Shown here piece by piece: positions 1 through 7,524 of a stretch of DNA of 24,000 bases. This DNA is from Denitromonas sp. (lineage in GTDB: Bacteria > Pseudomonadota > Gammaproteobacteria > Burkholderiales > Rhodocyclaceae): positions 20,682 to 44,681 of the forward strand of contig NZ_JAUCBR010000005.1 of NCBI RefSeq assembly GCF_034676725.1. The letters are read 5' to 3'. How positions within the stretch are numbered: the stretch's first letter is position 1; every line of letters starts with the position of its first letter. Under the pieces are notes generated by a model, which worked only from the letters and a program-made list of their open reading frames with translations, did no database searches and was not told the DNA's origin. The translations under genes and the position numbers were made by a program.

Positions 1-545
1 CGCGAGGTCGGCCAGCAGCGAGGTGACGAGGCTTCGGAAGTCCAGCTTGCCGGTCTTCACGAACTCCCCGATGGCGTTCTCGGCGCTCTGGAAGGCACCC
101 ACCAGCGCGCCACCGATATCCCCAGCGATGTCGCGGGAGCGCTGGTAATAATCGGCCAGCGTGTCCGCGACCTTCTGCCATCCGGTGCGGGCGGTCTCGG
201 CGCCAGCCGCCGCGTCCTCGCCTGCCTGGCGCGCAGCGCCGCCTGCGCGGCCTGCCTGGTCCTCGGTGTCCTCGAGGGCACCGTTGAACCGCTCTGCCGA
301 CTGTGCGGCGCTATCGAGTGCGGCTGCGCCTTCCTCGCCGGTGCCGGAGACCGCGTCCCGCAGCGCCTGCCAGGCTGTCATGGGACGCGAAGCCGCGTTC
401 GAGAGCATCCCCGCCGCCTCGGAATAGCCGGAAGCGCGGCCGCGCGCGTCGTCGGCCATTCCGCCGAAGAGGTTCGGAGTGTCGACATAGGTTCGGCCCA
501 TGGCGGCGCGGAAGGCCGCTGCTGCTGCGTTGCCTGAAGCTTCGG
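1..545 (-). CDS. tail tape measure protein, C-terminal continuation in a different frame (runs off the window edge)
   Basis: Hand translation of the minus frame with codon first bases = 0 mod 3 is open from about nt 540 to nt 1. It gives ASGNAAAAAFRAAMGRTYVDTPNLFGGMADDARGRASGYSEAAGMLSNAASRPMTAWQALRDAVSGTGEEGAAALDSAAQSAERFNGALEDTEDQAGRAGGAARQAGEDAAAGAETARTGWQKVADTLADYYQRSRDIAGDIGGALVGAFQSAENAIGEFVKTGKLDFRSLVTSLLADLA. Third positions are G/C-rich and the Ala/Gly-rich helical composition is typical of tape measure proteins. It is absent from the ORF track because no stop lies in the window. Confidence 0.6.
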
Positions 546-2051
546 CGCTGCGCCCGCGTACGGGTTGTCGATTGCGTCCAGAGCATCGGATTTCAAGCGT
601 GCCGATCTTGACACCGCCGTTGGTCTGTCGCCGACTCCCGACTGCAGCGCAAGCGCGCTGTTCAGCTTCTTCCGGTGAAGGCGTTGATGCGCAGGATCAC
701 CGCGTTCAGCATGGCCTCGACACCTTCGATCATCCGGTTGGCCGGTCGAAAAGATCAGGTCCCCGATCACTTGCGGCAGCGCGGCCCAGATTGCTTTGAC
801 CGCGTCGAAGGCTCCCTGGAAGGTCCCGACCGTGCTGTTGCCCCAGCCCACCACCGCGTCCGTGGCGCCCTGAAGGCCGTCGTAGATCACCGCCTGCGCT
901 GAGGCCCAGCCGGATTCCACGCGCGCCCAGGCGGCGCTGGCGCTCAGCGAAACGCGGTTCCAGACCTCGACTGCCACGTCCTTCAGCAGGCTCATGGCGT
1001 TGCCGAAGCCGCCAGCGGCCGAGACGAGCCGGGTGAACTGATAGACCAGCTCGCCCGCGCCGACGATCAGCGCCCCGATCCCGGTGCGGATCAGCGCGCC
1101 ACGCAGGACGACCAGCGCGGTGGCGAGGCCCTTCACGGAGAGCGCGGCGGCTGCAAGCCCGGCCACCCACCGCCCGGCGAGGAACGCCGCGAAGGTGGTG
1201 GCGTAGGTCGTCAGCCGGCCGAGGTTGGCGAACAGGCCCTGAATGGCCATGCCCAGCGGCCCGGTGGTGCGGGCCATAGCCGCCATGGCGTCCGCCACAG
1301 CCTCGAGGGCGGGCGCGGCCGCGACCGCCAGCTGGTTCGAAACGCCGCGCCAGATCAGACCAAGGCGCGAGATCGCGTCGTTCGTGCGCTCGATCTGGTC
1401 GGCGTCCTGCTCCGACACGACGATGCCGAAGTCCCGCACGTCCTGCGTTGCCTGGCGAAGCGTCGCGGTGTCGATCCGCGACATGGCGATGGAGCCTTCC
1501 TCGCCGAAAATCTGACCGGCCACAGCGGCGCGCTCCGCCTCGGGAACGAACTCCGTCATGGCGGCGGACACCGCCGCGATCCGCTGATCGAGCGGCATGC
1601 CCATCAGGGCCTCGGCCGAGAGGTTCAGCCGGTCAAGCGCAGCCGCCGCGGGGCCACCGGAAGCAGCCGCTTGGCTCAGGCGCCGGGTCATGTCCTTGGT
1701 GGCCTGCTCAATCCCGGACATGGACACGCCAGCGAGCTCGCCCGCGCGCTCGAGCACCTGCAGGCTCTCGACCGTCGTGCCAAGCGACTGCGCCAGCTTG
1801 GCCTGTGCGTCGACCGTCTGCAGGCCCGAACGGATCATGGCCACGCCAGCGGCCGCGACGGCAGCGCCAGCGGCGGCGGCGGCGATGCGCGCGCGCCGAG
1901 TGAAGGCCGCGAGGCGGGCGTTGGCCGAGTCGATCTCGGTTGAAAGGCGACGCATGCCACGGCCGCCCGCTTCCCCGACGCCCTGCAGCTCCGCCTTGAC
2001 CTGTCGTCCGCCCACGGCCGCGAGCCGCACGAACACGCGCTTTTCACTCAT
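378..2051 (-). CDS. phage tail tape measure protein (main ORF; its last ~120 codons look out of the true frame)
   Basis: 557-aa ORF directly downstream of the G/GT chaperone. It has a long Ala/Gly-rich helical sequence with a hydrophobic central block (LAGRWVAGLAAAALSVKGLATALVVLRGALIRTGIGALIVGAGELV). The ATG at 2051 lies 5 nt from the GT stop. Below about nt 745 the peptide turns into Arg/Pro/His-rich junk. Confidence 0.85.
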   Translation of the reverse strand: MSEKRVFVRLAAVGGRQVKAELQGVGEAGGRGMRRLSTEIDSANARLAAFTRRARIAAAAAGAAVAAAGVAMIRSGLQTVDAQAKLAQSLGTTVESLQVLERAGELAGVSMSGIEQATKDMTRRLSQAAASGGPAAAALDRLNLSAEALMGMPLDQRIAAVSAAMTEFVPEAERAAVAGQIFGEEGSIAMSRIDTATLRQATQDVRDFGIVVSEQDADQIERTNDAISRLGLIWRGVSNQLAVAAAPALEAVADAMAAMARTTGPLGMAIQGLFANLGRLTTYATTFAAFLAGRWVAGLAAAALSVKGLATALVVLRGALIRTGIGALIVGAGELVYQFTRLVSAAGGFGNAMSLLKDVAVEVWNRVSLSASAAWARVESGWASAQAVIYDGLQGATDAVVGWGNSTVGTFQGAFDAVKAIWAALPQVIGDLIFSTGQPDDRRCRGHAERGDPAHQRLHRKKLNSALALQSGVGDRPTAVSRSARLKSDALDAIDNPYAGAAPKLQATQQQRPSAPPWAEPMSTLRTSSAEWPTTRAAALPAIPRRRGCSRTRLRVP

Positions 2052-2370
2052 GCCGCTCTCCGATCCGTTCGTTGACTTTCTTCACCATCACCGCCTCGAT
2101 CTCGGGCAGCATCTCCATGGCAGCGAGGCCGCTCACGCCCAGCGCGCGCGCCATCGCCAGCGCGGCTCCCATGTCCCACCCAAGGATTGTCTGCTGCGTC
2201 GCCCGCAGCTGGCCACCGAGCCGCCCGACCAGGTCCCAGACCTGTGCGCCCTCGAGCGTCTCTGGCCTGTTCAGGCGCGCCGGGCAGTCCGGGCACGGCC
2301 CTTGGCAGGCTTCGCAGTACCGGTCGCCCCCGCTGAAGTGCCAGTCAGCGAGGGCGCGGAGCCGTTTTTT
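2044..2370 (-). CDS. tail assembly chaperone -1 frameshift extension (gpT-like part of the G-T fusion)
   Basis: The -1 frame (first bases 0 mod 3) stays open from the slippery site to TGA 2046-2044. It has much higher third-position G/C than the zero frame over the same bases. Peptide: KKRLRALADWHFSGGDRYCEACQGPCPDCPARLN...MLPEIEAVMVKKVNERIGERHE. Confidence 0.65.
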   Translation of the reverse strand, partial: KKRLRALADWHFSGGDRYCEACQGPCPDCPARLNRPETLEGAQVWDLVGRLGGQLRATQQTILGWDMGAALAMARALGVSGLAAMEMLPEIEAVMVKKVNERIGERHE

Positions 2371-2708
2371 TCCTGTTCCAGCACCAGCGCCTTCGCGACG
2401 TAGCCTGCCTGGAACGCCTCGAAGATCGGCCAGATATCGAGCAGGGCGTCGATGCCCTCCGGCGAGGCGTCGAGCGGTTCGCCGTCCTCGTCGCCGACGC
2501 CTTCCCATTCCAGCACGGCGCGGCGCGCCAGAGCCTTCGCGAAGACCAGAGCGCGGTCCTCGTTCGTCGCCTCGTCGGAAAGGGTCTCGATGGCCGGATC
2601 GTTGCGGGTCGCGACCATGAGGGCGGTGGTGAGCGGGAGCAGTCGCACCCGCACACCAGGGGCGAGATCAAGCCAGCGGGGCGCGTTTGTGAGGTCAAGC
2701 TTGAGCAT
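2271..2708 (-). CDS. tail assembly chaperone (gpG-like, zero-frame product)
   Basis: Lies between the tail tube and tape measure genes. Starts MLKLDLTNAPRWLDL at ATG 2708, 2 nt after the tube gene stop. It is acidic and contains the slippery heptamer near its 3' end. Confidence 0.75.
   Translation of the reverse strand: MLKLDLTNAPRWLDLAPGVRVRLLPLTTALMVATRNDPAIETLSDEATNEDRALVFAKALARRAVLEWEGVGDEDGEPLDASPEGIDALLDIWPIFEAFQAGYVAKALVLEQEKNGSAPSLTGTSAGATGTAKPAKGRARTARRA
2364..2370 (-). promoter_or_regulatory. programmed -1 ribosomal frameshift slippery heptamer A AAA AAC
   Basis: Plus-strand T7 run at 2365-2371. On the minus strand the zero frame reads GAA AAA AAC (E K N), so the X XXY YYZ heptamer is A AAA AAC. 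The -1 frame is the open gpT-like frame. Confidence 0.65.
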
Positions 2709-2710
2709 GA

Positions 2711-3652
2711 TCAATAATCCGCCACGTCGTTGACCAGCTCGACGGTGCACATGCGCCCGACGACAGCGTCCTTCGCGGCCTGCCAGTCAAAGGTTGCCTG
2801 CACGCCCTGCGGCCCGCCGATCTCCATGCGCGGGCGCGGCAGATAGACCGAGTGCACGGTGAAGGTCAGGCTCTCGCCGCTTGCGAGGGTGTAGGCAAAC
2901 TCAAGCTCGCAGGCCGTGCCGTCGATCGCCTGGTTCATCAGCGTGTTGTCCGCGAAGCGGACTTCCATGCTGCCGGTCAGCGCCGCCATCGAGGGATCGG
3001 CGCCGTCGATCTTGCCGTCGGCCCGGATGGTCTCGATGCGATCGAGGTTGTTGGCATAGGTGATCTGGGTCGAGACCACGTTGCCCAGCACCACGCCTTC
3101 GCGCTTGATCGAGCCGTTGAAGTGCCCGAAGCGCACAAGGCTGATCTCGGTGGGCGTGCCCGCGTTCGTGGTCGTGGCCGGTGTCTCTCCCTGCGCCACG
3201 AGGCTCACCGAGGCGGTCAGCAGGCCGGAGCGCTGCATCTGCCAGGACAGCTGGTCCACAACGCAGCCCGCGTACATCGCGAAGCGCGGCACCTCGGGCA
3301 TCCCGATCTCGATCGCGAGGCTGGGAAGGGTCCAGCCGCCCGAGCGGTACTCGTGGGTGTAGGGCGCCTCGGCGCCGGTGGTTGTGGGCTCCCCGAACGC
3401 GGCCTTCAGCCAGTAGCCAAAGCCGATCGCGTCGATGGGGACGACCACGTCTCCATCGGCGGTGAGCGCGTCCTTGATCGGCGCGAGTGGATCCCGGCCA
3501 TATCCGAGAAGCTCGGATTCCAGCAGTGGCTGCTCCGCGCCGAGCGTCGAGCTGGCAAAGGGCATCTTGAAATAGCCGCTCGCAGGCGGCGTGCCGTAGA
3601 CGGATTCGAAGGCGAGCGCCATCTGCGCCCGCGCCCCCTGTGCGCGTGCCAT
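2711..3652 (-). CDS. major tail (tail tube) protein
   Basis: 313-aa ORF immediately upstream of the chaperone/tape measure pair. Beta-rich sequence of typical siphovirus tube length. The call rests on position and my recognition of the family. Confidence 0.7.
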   Translation of the reverse strand: MARAQGARAQMALAFESVYGTPPASGYFKMPFASSTLGAEQPLLESELLGYGRDPLAPIKDALTADGDVVVPIDAIGFGYWLKAAFGEPTTTGAEAPYTHEYRSGGWTLPSLAIEIGMPEVPRFAMYAGCVVDQLSWQMQRSGLLTASVSLVAQGETPATTTNAGTPTEISLVRFGHFNGSIKREGVVLGNVVSTQITYANNLDRIETIRADGKIDGADPSMAALTGSMEVRFADNTLMNQAIDGTACELEFAYTLASGESLTFTVHSVYLPRPRMEIGGPQGVQATFDWQAAKDAVVGRMCTVELVNDVADY

Positions 3653-3673
3653 GTCCTGTGTTCCTTTCGTGGT

Positions 3674-4108
3674 TCAGAGAAGGGGATCGGCGGTCCCGTA
3701 AGTGAGGACGACCGGGATGGTCGCGGCCTTGAAGCCTTCGGCTCCTTCGATGGCCAGATTGATCGGGGCAGGTGCTTCCCCGATGACGTAGTCGCAGAGG
3801 CCGCCGAGGGTGCGGTCCGCCTCGATGGCCGCGTGGATGGCCAGCTTGAGAGCGTCGAACGCGGTCTCGCGCGCGGCTTCTTTCCCCTCGACCAGCACGT
3901 CGATCTCGGCGCGGTGCTCGTAGACGTAAAGCGGAGGCGACATGAGCGCCTCGGGCGTGCCCGGATTGCCGTCGCGCAGGATCATCACGCCTGCTGCAGG
4001 GACGCGCTCGGGCAGCACCGCGTTGCGGAGCACCTTTGCGCCGTAGGGCATGCGGCCGACGAGCGCGCTGTGCAGAGCCTGCAGGACGGTTTCGCTCTTG
4101 CTGGGCAT
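3674..4108 (-). CDS. tail terminator / tail completion-like protein (DUF3168-like)
   Basis: ATG 4108 overlaps the upstream stop (TGATG). The MPSKSETVLQALHSALVGRMP...VVLTYGTADPLL pattern resembles the small neck protein that sits upstream of tube genes. Confidence 0.5.
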   Translation of the reverse strand: MPSKSETVLQALHSALVGRMPYGAKVLRNAVLPERVPAAGVMILRDGNPGTPEALMSPPLYVYEHRAEIDVLVEGKEAARETAFDALKLAIHAAIEADRTLGGLCDYVIGEAPAPINLAIEGAEGFKAATIPVVLTYGTADPLL

Positions 4109-4737
4109 CAGGCGCCTTCCTTCCAATTCGAGACGATCAGGCCCGGCACCCGGTTCGCCCAGGCCTCCCCGTCGCGGGCGAGGTCGAGCCGTTTGCGAAG
4201 GTTGACCTGCGGCACGAGGATGAAGATCGGAACCGTCGCGACGCCGCGACCGGTCTTGGACCGGGAGGCGACCGCGCGGCCCTTGGTGTTCAGCCGGGAC
4301 TCCGCGACCAGCAGGCTCGGAGCGCCGCGGCGATAGACGAAGCGCAGCCGCAAGCCGGTCCGCTGTTCCCAGCCGCCTGGCGTGATCCGCTTGTTTCCGA
4401 CGCCCTTAGCACCGGCTGCGGGCGTGGGGATTGCGAGGTAGAAGCCGTTCTTCGAGCGGATCAGCGCGCCCCGCTCGAACGCCCCGATGGGCTCCGGGGC
4501 GTTCGTCCAGACCATCGTCGCGGCGTTCAGCGAGTCCATCGCCTTCGGATAGACCGCCGAGCGGATCGTGCGGGCCAGCCGCGTTCCAAGCCCAGCGCCG
4601 AGGATTTGCCCGCGCCAGTCGTTCTTCAGGCCGGTGCCAGCCGCGGCCATCGCGCGGGACACCGCGCGCTCGCCGTCGATCGTGACCTCGCGCATCTGCT
4701 CGGCGATATCGCCGACGATCCCGAGCTCAATCTTCAC
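4108..4737 (-). CDS. phage neck / head-tail joining region protein, uncharacterised
   Basis: 209-aa ORF. Its GTG start overlaps the upstream stop (GTGA) and it sits inside the neck module. No family confidently recognised. Confidence 0.5.
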   Translation of the reverse strand: MKIELGIVGDIAEQMREVTIDGERAVSRAMAAAGTGLKNDWRGQILGAGLGTRLARTIRSAVYPKAMDSLNAATMVWTNAPEPIGAFERGALIRSKNGFYLAIPTPAAGAKGVGNKRITPGGWEQRTGLRLRFVYRRGAPSLLVAESRLNTKGRAVASRSKTGRGVATVPIFILVPQVNLRKRLDLARDGEAWANRVPGLIVSNWKEGA

Positions 4738-5048
4738 AGCGGGCGCCCCTCGGTCGACCAGACCAGGCGCTCGCGGTCGCGCACCGGCTCGGAGCGAACC
4801 TCAAAGAGCTCTCCCGCAATCTCGATCGTGTCGCCGGTCGCAATGCCGGGAACCTCCGAGACACGCAGGTCGAGGGTCAGAGTGTCCGTCACGAACCGGC
4901 TGTCGCCGAAGTTGGCCAGCTGGTCCGGTGCTTTCCGGATCACGCGCACAGGCGTGCCGGAGCCTTCGCCGCCCGCCCGATAAAGGGCGTCGACAGCCAT
5001 GTTCGGGTCCTCGAACAGGAGGTCGATGGCGGCGGCGAAGGCGTTCAT
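4734..5048 (-). CDS. head-tail connector / head completion-like protein
   Basis: 104-aa ORF after the capsid/DUF2190 genes. The C-terminal pattern GDTIEIAGELFEVRSEPVRD..LVW is typical of small head-closure proteins. Confidence 0.5.
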   Translation of the reverse strand: MNAFAAAIDLLFEDPNMAVDALYRAGGEGSGTPVRVIRKAPDQLANFGDSRFVTDTLTLDLRVSEVPGIATGDTIEIAGELFEVRSEPVRDRERLVWSTEGRPL

Positions 5049-5059
5049 TTGGCGCTCCG

Positions 5060-5398
5060 TCAGGCGGCGGTGCCGTTAAGCCGCACGCGGCCGGTGGTCT
5101 CGCCCGCGCCGGAGCCGACTGCCAGCACCGCCACGCCGATCAGGGTGTTGTCGGTCGCGGTCGTAGTGCACTCGGCCTCGGATGCGTCCCAGTAGACCTT
5201 GGCGCCGACGGTCCACGCTTGGCTGCCGACCTTCGGCAGATTGTAGACGCCGGTCAGGTTGATGGTGCCTTCCGCGCCATTGGCGATATCGCCTGCGGCC
5301 ACGCCGAAGATGGAACCGGCAAGGACGCCGTCGCCCGAGGTGATCGCCGCGGCCGCCGTGATGGTGAGCGTCGCGCCGCTCGAAACGTAGTTTTTCAT
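5060..5398 (-). CDS. DUF2190-family small head protein (decoration/cement-like)
   Basis: 112 aa, Gly/Ala/Thr-rich beta protein (MKNYVSSGATLTITAAAAITSGDGV...KVYWDASE...) next to the capsid gene. This matches my memory of DUF2190. Confidence 0.65.
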   Translation of the reverse strand: MKNYVSSGATLTITAAAAITSGDGVLAGSIFGVAAGDIANGAEGTINLTGVYNLPKVGSQAWTVGAKVYWDASEAECTTTATDNTLIGVAVLAVGSGAGETTGRVRLNGTAA

Positions 5399-5463
5399 GG
5401 GGACTCTCCCGCTGAAGGTGAAGGAATGCCGGGCCCGGTGGTGGGCCCGGCGTCAGTTCAGGC

Positions 5464-7518
5464 TCACGCCGGAGCAGCGCCTGCGTTCTTGAACAGGCCG
5501 CGCCAGTCGATCGCTTTTGCGGCAAAGTCGTGCCGCGCCTTGATCTCCATGCCGTCGACCTCGAAGCCCATGCGGGTCTCGGTGAAGACGCCTTCCTGGC
5601 CGTCGAGGTAAGCGTATTCGACCGTGTCGATGCGCGACGGATCGGCGGCGAGGAACCACGGGTCCTGACCGGACGCCGGGATGAGGCGCGGTTCCTCGAT
5701 CACCTGCATGCGGCCCGCATAGGGGTTCACATCGGCGGTGTTCGAGGGCGTGGTCGCAGTCACCTGCTTGCGGGCTTCGACCGAGCGCTGACCGGGGGGC
5801 ACAAGGATGTACTGCGGCAGGATGCTGATCTTGCGGCCCTCGATGCCGGTCTGCTGCGCGAACTTGCGGTAGGCTTCCGACAGCGAGGCCTCACCGATCA
5901 CCGCGGCGGTGCCGAGGTTGCCATGGTCGGCGTGGAACAGGTCCGTGCCATCGGCCATCGCCGGGTTCTGCATCAGGATCGCGTAGACGATGTCCGATTC
6001 CAGATCGGCGGCAGAGGCACCGAACGCGGCCGGAACGCGGGTGAAGGCGTCCAGGTCGTCGTTGATCAGCGTCTGGCGCGTGATCGAGACAATGCGGCCA
6101 TAGGTGGCCAGCGCGTAGACCTCCTTGGCCTCGCCGATGGTCCCGTACTGGAACTCACCGGATTCGAGCACCTTCTCGAGGTCGGGCGCGCCGCCCAGCT
6201 GCGTGCGCTGCACCGGCTTGAAGTCGGTGATGGTCGCGCGCCGCGCCCAGGCGCCGAAGGTGCGCGGGGTGCCGTCGTAGGCCGCACGCAGCGTCTTGTT
6301 CGCGACGTTCGCGAGGATCGCCGGGAAGTCGCTGGTCGAGTGGTATCCGACCGAGGCGCGCGCCTGGAAGGCGAGACCGGCCAGTTCCATCTTCGACATG
6401 CCGCGGGTGCTGACGCCGCCGCGCTCGAGGGCGTGGCGGGCCATCTCGATCAGCGACAGGCCGCGGAACTCGCGCCCGTTGGCGGTCAGCTGGTGCTGGC
6501 CCGGGTTGTGGCGGTGCATCAGCGCCTCGGCCATCGCGTCGCGGTACTGGACGTCGCGCTCGCCGTTGCGGGCTTGAGCGGGTGCGGGCTCGGCAGTCCG
6601 GCCAGCCGGGTCGGTCTCGACCAGCTTGTCAAGGATCCGCGAGCGCGCCTGGTCCAGCGAGACGCCATCACGGATCAGCTGATCGCGGAAGGCGGCGTCA
6701 AGGCCGTGCCGGGCGCAGAGCGTGCCGATTTCGGCCGAGCGGGTGCGCTCTTCGGCGCGGATCGCCTCGGCGTCGATCACCGGCGCTTGCGGGGCGGCGG
6801 GCGCCTGGGTGGTTTGGGCGGCGCGGGTCTGCTGGCCCGTGTCGTTGCGGACGGCCGTCGTTTCATCACCGGCCGCATTGGGGTTGTCTTTGGGCATCAC
6901 TGCCTCCTTTCCAGAAGCCGCCTGTGCGGCAGATGTGTCGCGCCGGATGATGACGCAGGGGTTGCGGTTCTCGCGGCCGGATTGCTCCGAACGGATGCTC
7001 GCGCCGGGATCGGCGGGCATCGCGACCGCCGAAATCTCGAAGGGTTCCCAATCGACGGCGCGCCAGAGCTCGCGGGCGCCGTCCTTCTTGGTGATCTCGT
7101 AGCGGTGGACGCGATAGCCCACCGAGACCTTGTTGATGGTGCGCTCGAGGATGCGCTGGATGGCGGGCGCCGCGTCCTCCGCGCTGGTGAGGCGGATTTT
7201 CGCGGTGCCTTGGCCGTTCTCGACGCGGACGGAGCCGGGAACGACCGAACCAAGCACGTTCGCGACGCCGCCCCAGGTCTGGTGGCTGTCGAGGAAGGGC
7301 GCGCCGTCGTTCAGGCGGTCGAGCCGGATCGAGTTGCCGTCGACCAGCAGCTCTTCGTCGTACTCGATCCGGTCGTCCCATCCTTCCCAGCGGACGCGCT
7401 GGACCATGGCGCCCGTCGTCCAGATGATGTCGATGGTGCGCTCGGTCTCGTTGATGGTGTCGGCGCGCACCATCGCTTCCCGCCCAATGAGGGGCAGGTC
7501 CAAGGTGTCTCTCGGCAT
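5464..7518 (-). CDS. prohead protease / major capsid protein fusion
   Basis: 684 aa. The N-terminal ~190 aa look like a prohead protease. A low-complexity Ala/Gln/Pro/Thr linker follows (AQTTQAPAAPQAPVIDAEAIRAEE). The C-terminal ~330 aa look like a major capsid domain. Located directly after the portal gene. Confidence 0.75.
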   Translation of the reverse strand: MPRDTLDLPLIGREAMVRADTINETERTIDIIWTTGAMVQRVRWEGWDDRIEYDEELLVDGNSIRLDRLNDGAPFLDSHQTWGGVANVLGSVVPGSVRVENGQGTAKIRLTSAEDAAPAIQRILERTINKVSVGYRVHRYEITKKDGARELWRAVDWEPFEISAVAMPADPGASIRSEQSGRENRNPCVIIRRDTSAAQAASGKEAVMPKDNPNAAGDETTAVRNDTGQQTRAAQTTQAPAAPQAPVIDAEAIRAEERTRSAEIGTLCARHGLDAAFRDQLIRDGVSLDQARSRILDKLVETDPAGRTAEPAPAQARNGERDVQYRDAMAEALMHRHNPGQHQLTANGREFRGLSLIEMARHALERGGVSTRGMSKMELAGLAFQARASVGYHSTSDFPAILANVANKTLRAAYDGTPRTFGAWARRATITDFKPVQRTQLGGAPDLEKVLESGEFQYGTIGEAKEVYALATYGRIVSITRQTLINDDLDAFTRVPAAFGASAADLESDIVYAILMQNPAMADGTDLFHADHGNLGTAAVIGEASLSEAYRKFAQQTGIEGRKISILPQYILVPPGQRSVEARKQVTATTPSNTADVNPYAGRMQVIEEPRLIPASGQDPWFLAADPSRIDTVEYAYLDGQEGVFTETRMGFEVDGMEIKARHDFAAKAIDWRGLFKNAGAAPA

Positions 7519-7524
7519 GTTGGG

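Noticed and set aside
1597-2403. 268-aa plus-strand ORF across the tape measure/chaperone junction
   Set aside because: Antisense to well-supported tail genes, with Ala/Arg/Ser/Pro-rich low-complexity translation.
2852-4336. 494-aa plus-strand ORF
   Set aside because: Antisense to the tail tube and neck genes. It has Arg/Gly-rich junk composition, no Shine-Dalgarno and no gene-order logic.
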